Origin: Pseudobdellovibrionaceae bacterium
GTDB taxonomy: Bacteria; Bdellovibrionota; Bdellovibrionia; Bdellovibrionales; Bdellovibrionaceae
Assembly: GCA_030158485.1 (NCBI GenBank)
Contig: JAOASS010000016.1
Coordinates: forward strand, 97,961-161,960
Direction of reading: 5' to 3'
DNA length: 64,000 nt
Shown one piece after another: positions 35,653 to 45,522 of this stretch (positions are counted from its first letter, which is position 1; every line of letters starts with the position of its first letter). The notes under the pieces were generated by a model that searched no databases, was not told the DNA's origin, and worked only from the letters and a program-made list of their open reading frames with translations. A program made the translations under genes and the position numbers.

Positions 35653-38331
35653 TTATTGAAAGCGAACCAAAGCTTCTTGTAGCTGAACCATCTGTTTTTT
35701 AGAATTTTCTAAAATTTCACGATCTGCAGCCACAACTTCTTCATCGGCATTTTTAACAAACTTTTCATTGGAAAGTTTTATACTTAAATTGCTGATGTCC
35801 TTAGCTAGCTTTTCAATTGTTTTTTCAATACGCTTTATTTCTTCTGCAAAATCAACGAGTCCTTCAAGTGGAATGACAACTTTAACACTGACATCTTTTA
35901 CATGAATCAAGGCAACTGCTGATTTTGCAAGGGGTCCTTCTTTTGCAATATCAAGCTGACTAATTTTTCCAAGAGTCATAATTGATTTTTTATTTGCACC
36001 TAGGATTTTTTGTGCCCTATCGTCATTGACATCAAGCCTGACCGCCATAGTTTGAGCAGGGGAAATTCTATTTTCACCGCGAATATTTCGAATACTCGAA
36101 ATAACTTCTTTAACAACCTCTACTTCGGTAGCAGCTTCCTCATTACCGAAGGCCAAGAAATCCTTGTCTTTGAGAGCTGTGGGATATTCATCAATAATAC
36201 AAGCTTGTCCTTTAATCGGAAGTTTTTGATAAATTTCTTCTGTAATGAATGGCGTAAATGGATGCAAAAGTCTAACGATTCGATTTAAAACCTGGGCTAA
36301 TACAAGTTGAGTCGTTTCTCGTTCTTCTGTTTTGGGACCCTGTAAAAGAGGCTTTGTGAATTCAATATACCAGTCACAATACTGATTCCAGACGAAATGA
36401 TAAAGTGCTAAAGCCGCTTCACTGAAGCGATCAGCATCAAGAGCCGATTCAACTTTTTTTTCAACTTCGCCTAGAGCATAAATGATCCACTGATCATAAG
36501 TTGAAAGTAGAGCTTTTTTAGGTAAAGCCCTAACCCCTTCTGTTGGAGTTTTAAAATCTTGTAAGTGAGATAAAACAAAACGGGCAGCATTCCAGATTTT
36601 ATTCATGAAATTGCGATAACCTTCTAAGCGTTGTTCTGAAAATTTAAAATCTTTTCCACTGTGAAGATGAGCTAAGAAAGAAATTCTTAAGGCATCAGCT
36701 CCATGCTTTTCAATAAGCTCGACGGGATCAATTGAATTTCCAAGAGATTTGCTCATTTTGCGACCTTGGGAGTCTCGGACCAGTCCGTGAATATAGACGG
36801 TTCTAAAAGGAATATCGCCTTTGAATTCAAGCCCCATCATAATCATTCGGGCAACCCAAAAGAAAATAATGTCATGCCCTGTAATCAAATAAGTTGAAGG
36901 ATAGAAAGTTTTGAGGGCCTCTGTGTTTTCGGGCCAACCCATTGTTGAAAAAGGCCATAAAGCAGAGCTAAACCAAGTATCTAAGACATCTTCGTCTTGT
37001 TTAATTTGATCAGATACGCATTTTTCGCAAACAGTAGGAGTCGTTTCGCTTACAGTTGTATGATTGCAGTCTTGGCAAATGTAAGCTGGTATTTGGTGGC
37101 CCCACCAAAGTTGACGAGAGACGCACCAGTCCTCAATGATATTCATCCAATGAAGGTAAACTTTTGTCCACGATTCGGGTTCAAAACGAAGCGTGCCAGA
37201 TTCGACAACTCGCTTTGCTGGGATCGCAAGTTTATCCATCTTCATAAACCACTGTTCGCTAAGAAAAGGTTCAACAACAGCACCCGTTCTAGAGCAGTGA
37301 CCCACTGAATGAATATAAGGTTCTTCCTTTGCGATCAGATTTTGCTTTTTTAAGTCATCAATAACACGTTTTCGAGCTTCTTGAACTTTTAGTCCTTTAT
37401 AAGGACCGGCATTTTCATTGAGAAGACCATTTTTTTCTAAAATATTAATGAACTCAAGATTGTGTGTCTTTCCGATTTTGTAGTCATTAAAATCATGGGC
37501 AGGAGTCATTTTAACAACGCCTGATCCAAATTTAGGATCAACATAAGTATCTGCAATAATTTTTATTGATTTATTGATAAGAGGGAGAACAACATTTTGA
37601 CCAATCAAATGTTTATAACGTTCGTCATCAGGGTTAACGCAAACAGCAGTGTCGCCCAACATTGTTTCTGGACGAGTCGTTGCAACAGTTAGAAATTCTG
37701 AACTATTTTCGATTGAGTAAAGAATATGATAAAGAGTTCCTTTGACTTGCTGAAATTCAACTTCTAAGTCGGAAATGGCGGATTCTAAAGGTGTCGACCA
37801 ATTCACAAGTCTTTGCCCTTTATAAATCCAACCTTTTTTATAAAGTTGTACAAAAACTTTTTTAACAGCTTTTGAGACTCCTTCATCAAGTGTAAATGTG
37901 GCGCGCTCCCAATCGCAGGAGTCCCCCAACTTTCGCATTTGATTGTAAATTCGATCGCCGTATTGATTTTTCCAATCCCAAACTTTTTCAATGAAAACAT
38001 CGCGGCCCAAAGAGTGTCTGGTATGACCTTGCTTTTTTAATTCTTTTTCAACTACTGACTGAGTCGCAATACCAGCATGATCTGTTCCTGGTAACCACAT
38101 GGCATTGAACCCGCTCATCCGCTTCCAACGAATAAGAAGATCTTGTATTGTATGATCAAGCGCATGACCTAAATGTAGAAAGCCCGTCACATTAGGTGGA
38201 GGTAGTATAATTGAATAAGGTGGTTTTGTTGAAAGATCTTGGGCTTTAAAATAGCCGTTTTCTTCCCACCATTTATAGGTTTTAGTTTCAACTTCTTGTG
38301 GATTATAACGGTCGGATAGTGTCGTGCTCAT
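35653..38331 (-). CDS. valS: Valine-tRNA ligase
   Basis: PPPNVTGFLHLGHAL (HIGH), RKMSKSLGN (KMSKS), a C-terminal coiled coil, and 892 aa. Confidence 0.95.
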   Translation of the reverse strand: MSTTLSDRYNPQEVETKTYKWWEENGYFKAQDLSTKPPYSIILPPPNVTGFLHLGHALDHTIQDLLIRWKRMSGFNAMWLPGTDHAGIATQSVVEKELKKQGHTRHSLGRDVFIEKVWDWKNQYGDRIYNQMRKLGDSCDWERATFTLDEGVSKAVKKVFVQLYKKGWIYKGQRLVNWSTPLESAISDLEVEFQQVKGTLYHILYSIENSSEFLTVATTRPETMLGDTAVCVNPDDERYKHLIGQNVVLPLINKSIKIIADTYVDPKFGSGVVKMTPAHDFNDYKIGKTHNLEFINILEKNGLLNENAGPYKGLKVQEARKRVIDDLKKQNLIAKEEPYIHSVGHCSRTGAVVEPFLSEQWFMKMDKLAIPAKRVVESGTLRFEPESWTKVYLHWMNIIEDWCVSRQLWWGHQIPAYICQDCNHTTVSETTPTVCEKCVSDQIKQDEDVLDTWFSSALWPFSTMGWPENTEALKTFYPSTYLITGHDIIFFWVARMIMMGLEFKGDIPFRTVYIHGLVRDSQGRKMSKSLGNSIDPVELIEKHGADALRISFLAHLHSGKDFKFSEQRLEGYRNFMNKIWNAARFVLSHLQDFKTPTEGVRALPKKALLSTYDQWIIYALGEVEKKVESALDADRFSEAALALYHFVWNQYCDWYIEFTKPLLQGPKTEERETTQLVLAQVLNRIVRLLHPFTPFITEEIYQKLPIKGQACIIDEYPTALKDKDFLAFGNEEAATEVEVVKEVISSIRNIRGENRISPAQTMAVRLDVNDDRAQKILGANKKSIMTLGKISQLDIAKEGPLAKSAVALIHVKDVSVKVVIPLEGLVDFAEEIKRIEKTIEKLAKDISNLSIKLSNEKFVKNADEEVVAADREILENSKKQMVQLQEALVRFQ

Positions 38332-38370
38332 TTTTTAAAAACTAGCACAGGAAGCTTTGAGATACCGGGG

Positions 38371-38712
38371 TCAATGCGACGCGTCTGCCCTCAATTTTTC
38401 GGATCCATTTTTTGCAAAGAAAACGTTCGTATAACCTATTGATTCAAGTTTATCGACGATCTGGGCTGAAGCACTACCATCATGACATAAAATTAAAAGA
38501 GCATCATGAAGTGCCACTTTCCGCTTCTGCAATTCAAGCTCAACTGTTTTTTGGGATACTGTGATTGTTTGGGTTTCTAAATGTTGCTGGTAAAGGGGTA
38601 TCGAATAAAAACTTTTAAGATCAGCTCCTAAATTGACAATCAAAAATGGGATACGGTTTCGAATCAAATTATCAAACTGAAAAAAACTAATTTCATTTAA
38701 AATGCTGGGCAT
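38371..38712 (-). CDS. Single-domain rhodanese-like protein
   Basis: ALLILCHDGSASAQIVDKLESIGYTNVFFAKNG resembles the rhodanese active-site loop (C-x-x-G-x-x-S) plus the following helix. 113 aa. Confidence 0.5.
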   Translation of the reverse strand: MPSILNEISFFQFDNLIRNRIPFLIVNLGADLKSFYSIPLYQQHLETQTITVSQKTVELELQKRKVALHDALLILCHDGSASAQIVDKLESIGYTNVFFAKNGSEKLRADASH

Positions 38713-38732
38713 CGAGTCCCTTTCAAATATTT

Positions 38733-39944
38733 TTAAGAACTTATTTTAGCGGTGTTAGGAATAGATTTATATCGAATTAAAATCAAGATCCAAGCGCTTC
38801 CACCCAGTAAAGTTGAAAACCAAAATGGAAAACCTGGTTGAATTGAATATAAGTAGCCCCCAATGGCGGGACCTAATATTCTTCCTAAAGAAGCCAAGCT
38901 TTGATTAGCCCCCATAGTAGCTCCTTGTTCCCCTGGTTCGGCAAGCAGGCTGGCCGCTCCGGATAGCGAAGGATTACTTTGTCCAATGCCAAGAGCAATA
39001 AGTGTCATAGAAATCGCCATCAGTGTGATATTCGTGGCCGGTGCGATCATGGCCATTCCAATAAAAAAAATTGGAACTGAAAAAAGTAATATTCTTCTTT
39101 CGCCCACTTTAGGTAAAAGCTTTCGAACTAAAAACCCTTGAGTTAAAACAAGAATAATTCCGATGTAGGCAAAACCAAAGCTTGTTTCTTTTAAAGTCCA
39201 TGCAAATCGATCCGCCATGAAGTAAACCAATGTGGCTTCCATGCTTGACATAGCTAATGACAAAAGAAAAAAAGTGATCATAACGGGCGCTAAAAGTGGC
39301 TTTTGTAATTTATCAATTAGGATAAACCAGCGCCCTTTTGTTTTTTTAACTCGATTTTCATGACTGAGCGTTTCAGGAAGTTTTTTAATGGCAAAAAGGA
39401 AGGTCAGAAAAAATAAAACTGAGACACTGATAGAAACAAAAGTTGTTTTATAAAAAGGAGCGTTCGAAAAATTTTCAGAAATTAAAGCAAGGCCGCCACC
39501 TAATGCAGGTCCTATGACAAAGCCTAATCCAAAAGCAGCTCCGATCAAGGCCATGCCTTGAGATCGATTTTTTTCACCCGTAATATCAGCCATCGCAGCG
39601 TTTGCGGTTGAAAGGCTAGCACCAAAAAATCCCGTTAAGGCCCGTGCGATAAATAAAGATTCAAGAGATCTCGCAAATGCAAATACTAAATATGAAAGAG
39701 CTTCACCGATCAAGCATATCAGAAGAATTTTTTTTCGACCTAATCGATCACTCAGTCGTCCCCAAAAAGGAGAAAAGAGAAATTGCATAACAGAATAGGT
39801 GGCCATCAGCAGCCCGGCTTGAGTCGAGGTAGCACCTAAGTCCCGGCTGAGGTGAGGAGTGAGGGGAATTAAAATTCCAAAGCCGACGAGATAAAGAAAA
39901 ACAGTCAGAAATAAGATGATTTGAGGTGATTTTTCTTTATTCAA
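38733..39944 (-). CDS. MFS transporter (DHA1/TetA-like, 12 TM)
   Basis: The GRLSDRLGRKK motif between TM2 and TM3, and multiple Gly-rich TM segments. Confidence 0.8.
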   Translation of the reverse strand: MNKEKSPQIILFLTVFLYLVGFGILIPLTPHLSRDLGATSTQAGLLMATYSVMQFLFSPFWGRLSDRLGRKKILLICLIGEALSYLVFAFARSLESLFIARALTGFFGASLSTANAAMADITGEKNRSQGMALIGAAFGLGFVIGPALGGGLALISENFSNAPFYKTTFVSISVSVLFFLTFLFAIKKLPETLSHENRVKKTKGRWFILIDKLQKPLLAPVMITFFLLSLAMSSMEATLVYFMADRFAWTLKETSFGFAYIGIILVLTQGFLVRKLLPKVGERRILLFSVPIFFIGMAMIAPATNITLMAISMTLIALGIGQSNPSLSGAASLLAEPGEQGATMGANQSLASLGRILGPAIGGYLYSIQPGFPFWFSTLLGGSAWILILIRYKSIPNTAKISS

Positions 39945-39981
39945 TTTTTGACCCTTTCCAAGGGTTTGTTATGATTGAAGG

Positions 39982-41139
39982 ATGAAATATAGATCATTCT
40001 TTATCTGCATTGTCTTATTTTTATTCCAAGTTGCTGCTGAAGCCAAGATATATGGACCGAAGCGCTACGATTCAGTGGGTCTTCTGACCTATGTTTCAAC
40101 TGATTTTTATTCGACAAATGAAAATTTTGACTCGAATTCAAGTGTCGCTGGACTTAATTCAGGTCATTCCTACTTGTTGATCGATATTCCATTTGGAATC
40201 AGGTACGCAATTGCTCCACTTTGGTCATTTGAAGCTGAATTGAAAGCTTCTTATGCTCAAAGTAAAAGTTCAGATGTTTTCACCGGTGGTGAGCGAACGA
40301 ATTCGGAAATCAATGAAGCTCGTTTTTCAACGGATATGTTAGTTGAAACGAATGGGTTTGATTTGATTCCTGAATTTGAAGTGATTTTTCCACTTAAAAA
40401 AAACAGTGCCAGTACTGATACCGTGATGATCAACGAAGGTGTTCAGCAAATGACAGGAAAACTGCATTTACAAACTGAGTTCGGACAAAGTGACTTCTTT
40501 TCCTATATTGGTTATCAAATAAGGGATTCCGGTCGATCAGACTTGGTTCCCTGGTCAGTTGGGATGGGCTGGAATCGTCAGGGTTCACTTTTGGGGTTCA
40601 GGGTTTTTGGTTTTCAGTCCATTTCGGATGACACGGATAAAGCCAATCCTTTTACTCGCGAAGCTTTAAATAATAAAGTCAATGGTGGTTCTTTGAAATT
40701 TTACAGTGTGAACCCCTCTGTCATTTCAACAGAAGCTCTTTGGTTTTTTAAACTTCAAAAGCAGTGGCAGTTTCAATTTAATTTGGGTTTAGATCTTGCG
40801 GGTCAAAGATACAGTAAAGGTCTTTTTGGTGGACTTAATCTCGTATTAGACTGGGGTGAAAAGCAAAGAAGTCTTCGTCAGCGGCCAAGAAAAGAAATTC
40901 AACAGCCCCAAGGATCAGGATTTGCGATCGAACCTGAAACAATTGATTTTAAAGAAGATACAAACGAAAGCTCGGATCAAAATTACTTCAAACCTCCACC
41001 AGCTCCAAGAGTACGGGAACTAAGATCTACGCCCATACGTAAAAAATCAAGAACTCGGGTGAGTCCTTCTGATCAACAAATCCAAGAACAAATGGATGAT
41101 GTTGAAATGCAAATCGAACTTAAGCGAAAGAAGAAATAA
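39982..41139 (+). CDS. Outer-membrane-like hypothetical protein with a basic C-terminal tail
   Basis: Signal peptide MKYRSFFICIVLFLFQVAAEA, beta-strand-like alternation, and an R/K/Q-rich 90-aa tail. Confidence 0.5.
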   Translation: MKYRSFFICIVLFLFQVAAEAKIYGPKRYDSVGLLTYVSTDFYSTNENFDSNSSVAGLNSGHSYLLIDIPFGIRYAIAPLWSFEAELKASYAQSKSSDVFTGGERTNSEINEARFSTDMLVETNGFDLIPEFEVIFPLKKNSASTDTVMINEGVQQMTGKLHLQTEFGQSDFFSYIGYQIRDSGRSDLVPWSVGMGWNRQGSLLGFRVFGFQSISDDTDKANPFTREALNNKVNGGSLKFYSVNPSVISTEALWFFKLQKQWQFQFNLGLDLAGQRYSKGLFGGLNLVLDWGEKQRSLRQRPRKEIQQPQGSGFAIEPETIDFKEDTNESSDQNYFKPPPAPRVRELRSTPIRKKSRTRVSPSDQQIQEQMDDVEMQIELKRKKK

Positions 41140-41589
41140 ATGATTATATCGGCTTTTATTTTTTTGATTTTGGTTGTTCGTTTTAACTCAATATGGGAAA
41201 GACGGATTCAAGCCCAGCGAACTTTACACGCTATTATTTTACCACTTTATCATTATTTGGGGCTACTCGATCATGAAATTCAAGGAGAAGTCGAAGAAAT
41301 TAATAATCTTTTTCGCCAAGCTGTTTTAGACCATGTGACAGAGCTTCGGGCTTTTTTACTTCAGCCTGCCTCCACTGATCTTTCTTTGGCTGGAAAATTA
41401 TCTTGGAGTCATAACTTAAATAATATTCTGTTAGCATTGGAAGACTCATTAGATGAAGATTCTGAAAATCTTGACCCCACGGAAATCAGCGCTCAAGTCA
41501 GTCACTTACTTCAGTTCATACAAAAGAATCTGTATTTATCAAAATTAGTAAAAAAGCCCTTAGGAGTTGTGAGTTACTCTGAATTTTAA
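41140..41589 (+). CDS. Small membrane-anchored hypothetical protein
   Basis: The start is directly adjacent to the upstream stop (TAAATG). N-terminal TM segment MIISAFIFLILVV. Confidence 0.45.
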   Translation: MIISAFIFLILVVRFNSIWERRIQAQRTLHAIILPLYHYLGLLDHEIQGEVEEINNLFRQAVLDHVTELRAFLLQPASTDLSLAGKLSWSHNLNNILLALEDSLDEDSENLDPTEISAQVSHLLQFIQKNLYLSKLVKKPLGVVSYSEF

Positions 41590-41668
41590 GTGCAGGAAAG
41601 GAGCTCCAAAATCCTTGGAGCCCCGGAGAATCTTTCTTTGAATTGTAAACACACACACACCTTCAGTA

Positions 41669-43414
41669 TTAAAATCGAGTTCGGCCTCTTGGTTGGCTAA
41701 TAAGGGGTTGCGGTTGTTGTATTATAAGGGGTTGCGGTTGTTGAAGCATCCCTGGCTGTGCATTGAAATTCAAATTTGGAGCTTGGGGAACCGGTCGAGC
41801 CAATTGAATGACTGTTCTGTTTCCTTGTAGTCCATTGGCACCTATTCGTTCTCCACGACCGTTGACTCCGCCTGTTGTGACGACTTGTCCATTCGTGATA
41901 GTAGCCGGAGAATAAGTACCATCACTATTTTGAACCATTAAAGAAGGAGGCAATGTTTGATTCGTTGTCGCTTTAACACTTCCATTGATACCAGTTGTAT
42001 TTGTTGATGTTAAGTAGCTTGTAATTTCTTGAGCTCGTGGTGTGTAGTGGCCGTAAATTTCATTCAGGATTGTTGTTGAATCAAGACCAGACATTTCCGC
42101 ATTTTGTGACAGTTCTCTACGGAATTTATTATTGCTCATCATCCCATGATAATTCATTCCAGCCTGTTGATAATAAAGAGCAGATTCGGAAAAATGAATT
42201 TTTTGTACAGGGTCATTAGTTTTATTAGCCATTTCATTAAAAGCTAAATATGTCTGGGCTTGTCGTCTGTAAATATCAAGCAAACTATTTGAAGCGGCTT
42301 GACGGACTCCTTTAAAAGAATCTGGAGTTGTTGCAGCTAAGTCATGTAAGTAAAAATCTTCTGCTGTAAAAAATTTACGAGTTGCCAGATCTGAAACAGC
42401 TGGATTGATAATCAAACGTCTTGCAACACTTGAAGTCGCTTTGTCGTAAGCAGCAGCTATTTTCTTAGTTTCCGTTAATTCTTTTTGTATTTTTTCAATT
42501 TCAACTTTTGAAGCATTAATTTTTTTTTCAATTCTTGCCCGTAATGCTTCTGAAGTTTCACGTCGCAAATCTAATTTCCATTGTTTCTGGGCTAGTTTCA
42601 GCTCGGCGAGATTATCTTTTAAATCACTTAAGTCTTCTGTTTCATATTGTTCCATAAATTCTGTGAGAACGTTTGCTGAACACTCGGCATCAGATTTATA
42701 TTTGTCGTCTGGAATTGAATCTCGACTTTTTTCTGGAATATCAAGGCCAGCAAAGCGAGTGCTTTCTAAAGCTGAATCTAAATTTTGATGATTTCGCAAA
42801 TCACGCGAATTTCTTGTGGAAGTCACTGCGTCTTCGTCTAGACCACATTCATTGCTTAACATCAGAGATATTTCTTCACGAACATCGTTTTCTGTTATGG
42901 TCGTCACTTCAGCTTCTTTTTTTCTTTCAAGTCTTCTTTTTTCAGCAGTCGTTAAGATTTCATCTTGGTCGTCTAAATCGACTGACGGCTTCGCAGCTTT
43001 TGCTAAAGCATCTCGAATAGCTTTCATGTCAGTCATATCTTCGGCTGTTTTTTTATCGAATACGACAACTTTAGTACAATCACCAGCTTTGCAACTATCA
43101 GGAGTGAATTTTAGTACGGCATCTTCGCCGACAATTCCAACTTCTAAATTGCCAATAGTTCCATCTTGATCTTGAAAACCTGTTATTTTTTTCTGCTTCA
43201 GTTCAGCATTGTTTTTAACCTGAGGTTCAATTTTATCTTGAGCCTCTGCTTCCATTTTTGCTTTCGCAAGAACATCGGCTTTCGTTTTTTGATCTTTTTT
43301 ATTTTTTTCGTCAGATGTCGTTGCAGCGACTTCTGCTTTTACATCGGTAAATTCTGCATGCGCAGTGATACTAAGTGCCATCAGCACCGCAGTTGCTAAT
43401 ATTGTCGTTTTCAT
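41669..43414 (-). CDS. Secreted coiled-coil protein with a Q/P-rich repeat C-terminus
   Basis: Start moved to the ATG at 43414 (AAAGGAGGA RBS), giving the signal peptide MKTTILATAVLMALSITAHA. The middle is K/E-rich and helical. The C-terminus is MLQQPQPLIIQQPQPLISQP. Confidence 0.6.
   Translation of the reverse strand: MKTTILATAVLMALSITAHAEFTDVKAEVAATTSDEKNKKDQKTKADVLAKAKMEAEAQDKIEPQVKNNAELKQKKITGFQDQDGTIGNLEVGIVGEDAVLKFTPDSCKAGDCTKVVVFDKKTAEDMTDMKAIRDALAKAAKPSVDLDDQDEILTTAEKRRLERKKEAEVTTITENDVREEISLMLSNECGLDEDAVTSTRNSRDLRNHQNLDSALESTRFAGLDIPEKSRDSIPDDKYKSDAECSANVLTEFMEQYETEDLSDLKDNLAELKLAQKQWKLDLRRETSEALRARIEKKINASKVEIEKIQKELTETKKIAAAYDKATSSVARRLIINPAVSDLATRKFFTAEDFYLHDLAATTPDSFKGVRQAASNSLLDIYRRQAQTYLAFNEMANKTNDPVQKIHFSESALYYQQAGMNYHGMMSNNKFRRELSQNAEMSGLDSTTILNEIYGHYTPRAQEITSYLTSTNTTGINGSVKATTNQTLPPSLMVQNSDGTYSPATITNGQVVTTGGVNGRGERIGANGLQGNRTVIQLARPVPQAPNLNFNAQPGMLQQPQPLIIQQPQPLISQPRGRTRF
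41701..41743. repeat. Two-copy 24-bp-period tandem repeat inside a coding region
   Basis: TAAGGGGTTGCGGTTGTTG occurs at 41701-41719 and again at 41725-41743. It encodes QQPQPLI twice on the - strand. Confidence 0.8.
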
Positions 43415-43706
43415 AAAAAAATCCTCCTTTTTTAGGCTTAAATCACAAAAATGCCTACCACTTGTGAGATCAAATGCCATGGACAGAGCCAATCCAGCTC
43501 TGTCGCTACTCAGTAAGAATGCTTAGCCTGTACCAAAATAAAGATTCTTTTTTTTGTCTGTAACTATTTAGAATCTTAAAGAAAAATTGAAATATCAGAT
43601 TGATACAAAAAAGCTGAAAGTGTAAAAATATTGGTGTCTGATTTTGAGAATTATAAATTCATAGGTGATTTCAAGGGCTTCTTAAGGTAATTGGTGACCA
43701 CTAACG

Positions 43707-44900
43707 ATGGCCAGATTTGAGTTTAAAAAAGCACCTAAAATCGATTTCGCAACAACTACTGATTGGGATCAGTGGCAGTGGCAATTGCGTTCGGCCCTCA
43801 AGTCTTTATCTGATTTCGAAAAGTACTTCGTATTAAGCGAAGAAGAGAGGCAATCTTTTTGGGGATCAGAAGCCGTTTTTAATATTAGAACAACACCTTA
43901 TTACGCTTCACTTGCTGATAAAAATTTAGTTGAAGATCCTATTCGCAAAATTTTAATGCCGCATCTATCAGAAAAAACACTTGGGTTACAGCAAATGCTA
44001 GACCCTTTGGGCGAAAAAAAAAATAATCCCGTTTCCAGGGTCATTCATCGTTATTCAGATCGTTGTCTTCTTTTGATAACGGATACGTGCAGCGTCTATT
44101 GCAGGTTTTGTACTCGAAAACACTTTACCGGGCAGGAACAAGCTTTTCTTAAAAATGACGAATTAGAAAAAGCACTTGATTATATTAAAGCCCATTCGGG
44201 AATTCGTGAAGTTATTCTTTCAGGCGGTGATCCTTTAACAGTTTCAGATGTCCAATTAGATCGAGTGCTATCGGAACTTAGAAAAATAGATCATGTTGAA
44301 ATTATTCGCATTGGTTCAAGAATGCCGGTAGTCTGTCCCCAGCGGATAACAGACGATTTAGTCAAAGTAATCAAAAAACATAAACCTGTGTTCTTAATGA
44401 CCCATTTTAATCATCCCAAAGAGCTCACGGAAGAAGCAGCGCTTGCATTAGAAAAATGTGTTGATAATGGAATTCCTATTTTTAATCAGATGGTTTTATT
44501 GAATGGCGTGAATAACCACGAAGTTATCGTGCAGGCATTATCGCGAAGACTTTTGTATTTAAGAGTTAAGCCTTATTATATGTTTCAGTGTGATCCTTCA
44601 GAAGGAACGGATCATTTTAGAACTTCAATCGAAGATTCTTTGGAAATACAAAAAAAACTTTGGGGACATCTCAGTGGTCTTGCTATGCCACACTTATCCA
44701 TCGATATTCCAAATGGTGGTGGTAAAGCTTATAAAGTTCCTAATTTTGAAATATTTCACCAAGGAAATACAAGGACATTTCAAGGCTGGGATGGGGTTCA
44801 GGCTGATTATATCAGTCCAGACGTGGCCCAAATCAAAAAGCCACTCGATTGGGAATTATACCTCGATGAGTGGCTTCGGTTAACTCATTCTAAAAATTAA
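43707..44900 (+). CDS. KamA-family radical SAM enzyme (lysine 2,3-aminomutase / EpmB-like)
   Basis: The CSVYCRFCTRK (CxxxCxxC) cluster, REVILSGGDPL, HFNHPKE, and a length of 397 aa. Confidence 0.8.
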   Translation: MARFEFKKAPKIDFATTTDWDQWQWQLRSALKSLSDFEKYFVLSEEERQSFWGSEAVFNIRTTPYYASLADKNLVEDPIRKILMPHLSEKTLGLQQMLDPLGEKKNNPVSRVIHRYSDRCLLLITDTCSVYCRFCTRKHFTGQEQAFLKNDELEKALDYIKAHSGIREVILSGGDPLTVSDVQLDRVLSELRKIDHVEIIRIGSRMPVVCPQRITDDLVKVIKKHKPVFLMTHFNHPKELTEEAALALEKCVDNGIPIFNQMVLLNGVNNHEVIVQALSRRLLYLRVKPYYMFQCDPSEGTDHFRTSIEDSLEIQKKLWGHLSGLAMPHLSIDIPNGGGKAYKVPNFEIFHQGNTRTFQGWDGVQADYISPDVAQIKKPLDWELYLDEWLRLTHSKN

Positions 44901-45463
44901 TAAAAAATGCTAAAGTTTAACGCTTGAATTTCAAATCGAGTGTTTTCATCTCCGCGTTTCCAGACTCGAGCGTAAGGCATGTAGTTGATCTTACCCCACA
45001 TTTCAAAACGTTTACCTAAACCTGCGAAAAAAGAAAGTTTGCTTTCGAATCCATCGTTATCTTCGTAAGCTGGATAAAGACCTAATCCACCTTGAGCAAA
45101 AAAAGCGTCTCTTAAGTTTGTTTGAAAATTGTAAGTGAAAACACCTATTGCCGCAAAAAGCGCTTTGTTACCACTTCCATCAGAGTCTGGATAGGAAAGA
45201 ATTCCACCTTCTCCACCAAGCTGAACATTATCTTTAAAGTGACGGTTATAGGCGAAATAGGCATTTACATCGGTACGACTTTCACCTTCCTTGTAGGTCT
45301 CGATTGAAATAAGCGAGGGGCTTAAAACAACTTCATGTTCTGTGTTAGAAGCGAAAGAATAAGCGGTGGGCTTTGCAGTCGGCGGACTTATTCGATTTCG
45401 AGTCTGAGCGTTGACACAAATTGCCAATGCCAATGTGGCGATTGTAATTAAAGTAGATTTCAT
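44897..45463 (-). CDS. Small beta-barrel outer-membrane protein
   Basis: Signal peptide MKSTLITIATLALAICVNA, Gly/aromatic-rich strands, and the C-terminus ALNFSIFY. Confidence 0.6.
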   Translation of the reverse strand: MKSTLITIATLALAICVNAQTRNRISPPTAKPTAYSFASNTEHEVVLSPSLISIETYKEGESRTDVNAYFAYNRHFKDNVQLGGEGGILSYPDSDGSGNKALFAAIGVFTYNFQTNLRDAFFAQGGLGLYPAYEDNDGFESKLSFFAGLGKRFEMWGKINYMPYARVWKRGDENTRFEIQALNFSIFY

Positions 45464-45522
45464 GACTTGTGATCTCCTGTTTTGTGGTTCAAAAATGAAA
45501 GTTACATTTAAGATTAAAACTC

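Noticed and set aside
41649-41660. (AC)6 microsatellite in the convergent intergenic gap.
   Set aside because: It is only 12 nt, non-coding and outside any promoter. That is too short to argue for phase variation.
44013-44024. Homopolymeric A/T tracts inside coding regions as phase-variation switches. Examples: A10 in the KamA-family gene, A9 at about 3004-3012 in the methyltransferase, and T9 at 11501-11509 in the 787-aa gene.
   Set aside because: In an AT-rich genome with frequent Lys (AAA) codons, such runs are expected. All reading frames are intact, and nothing links them to contingency loci.
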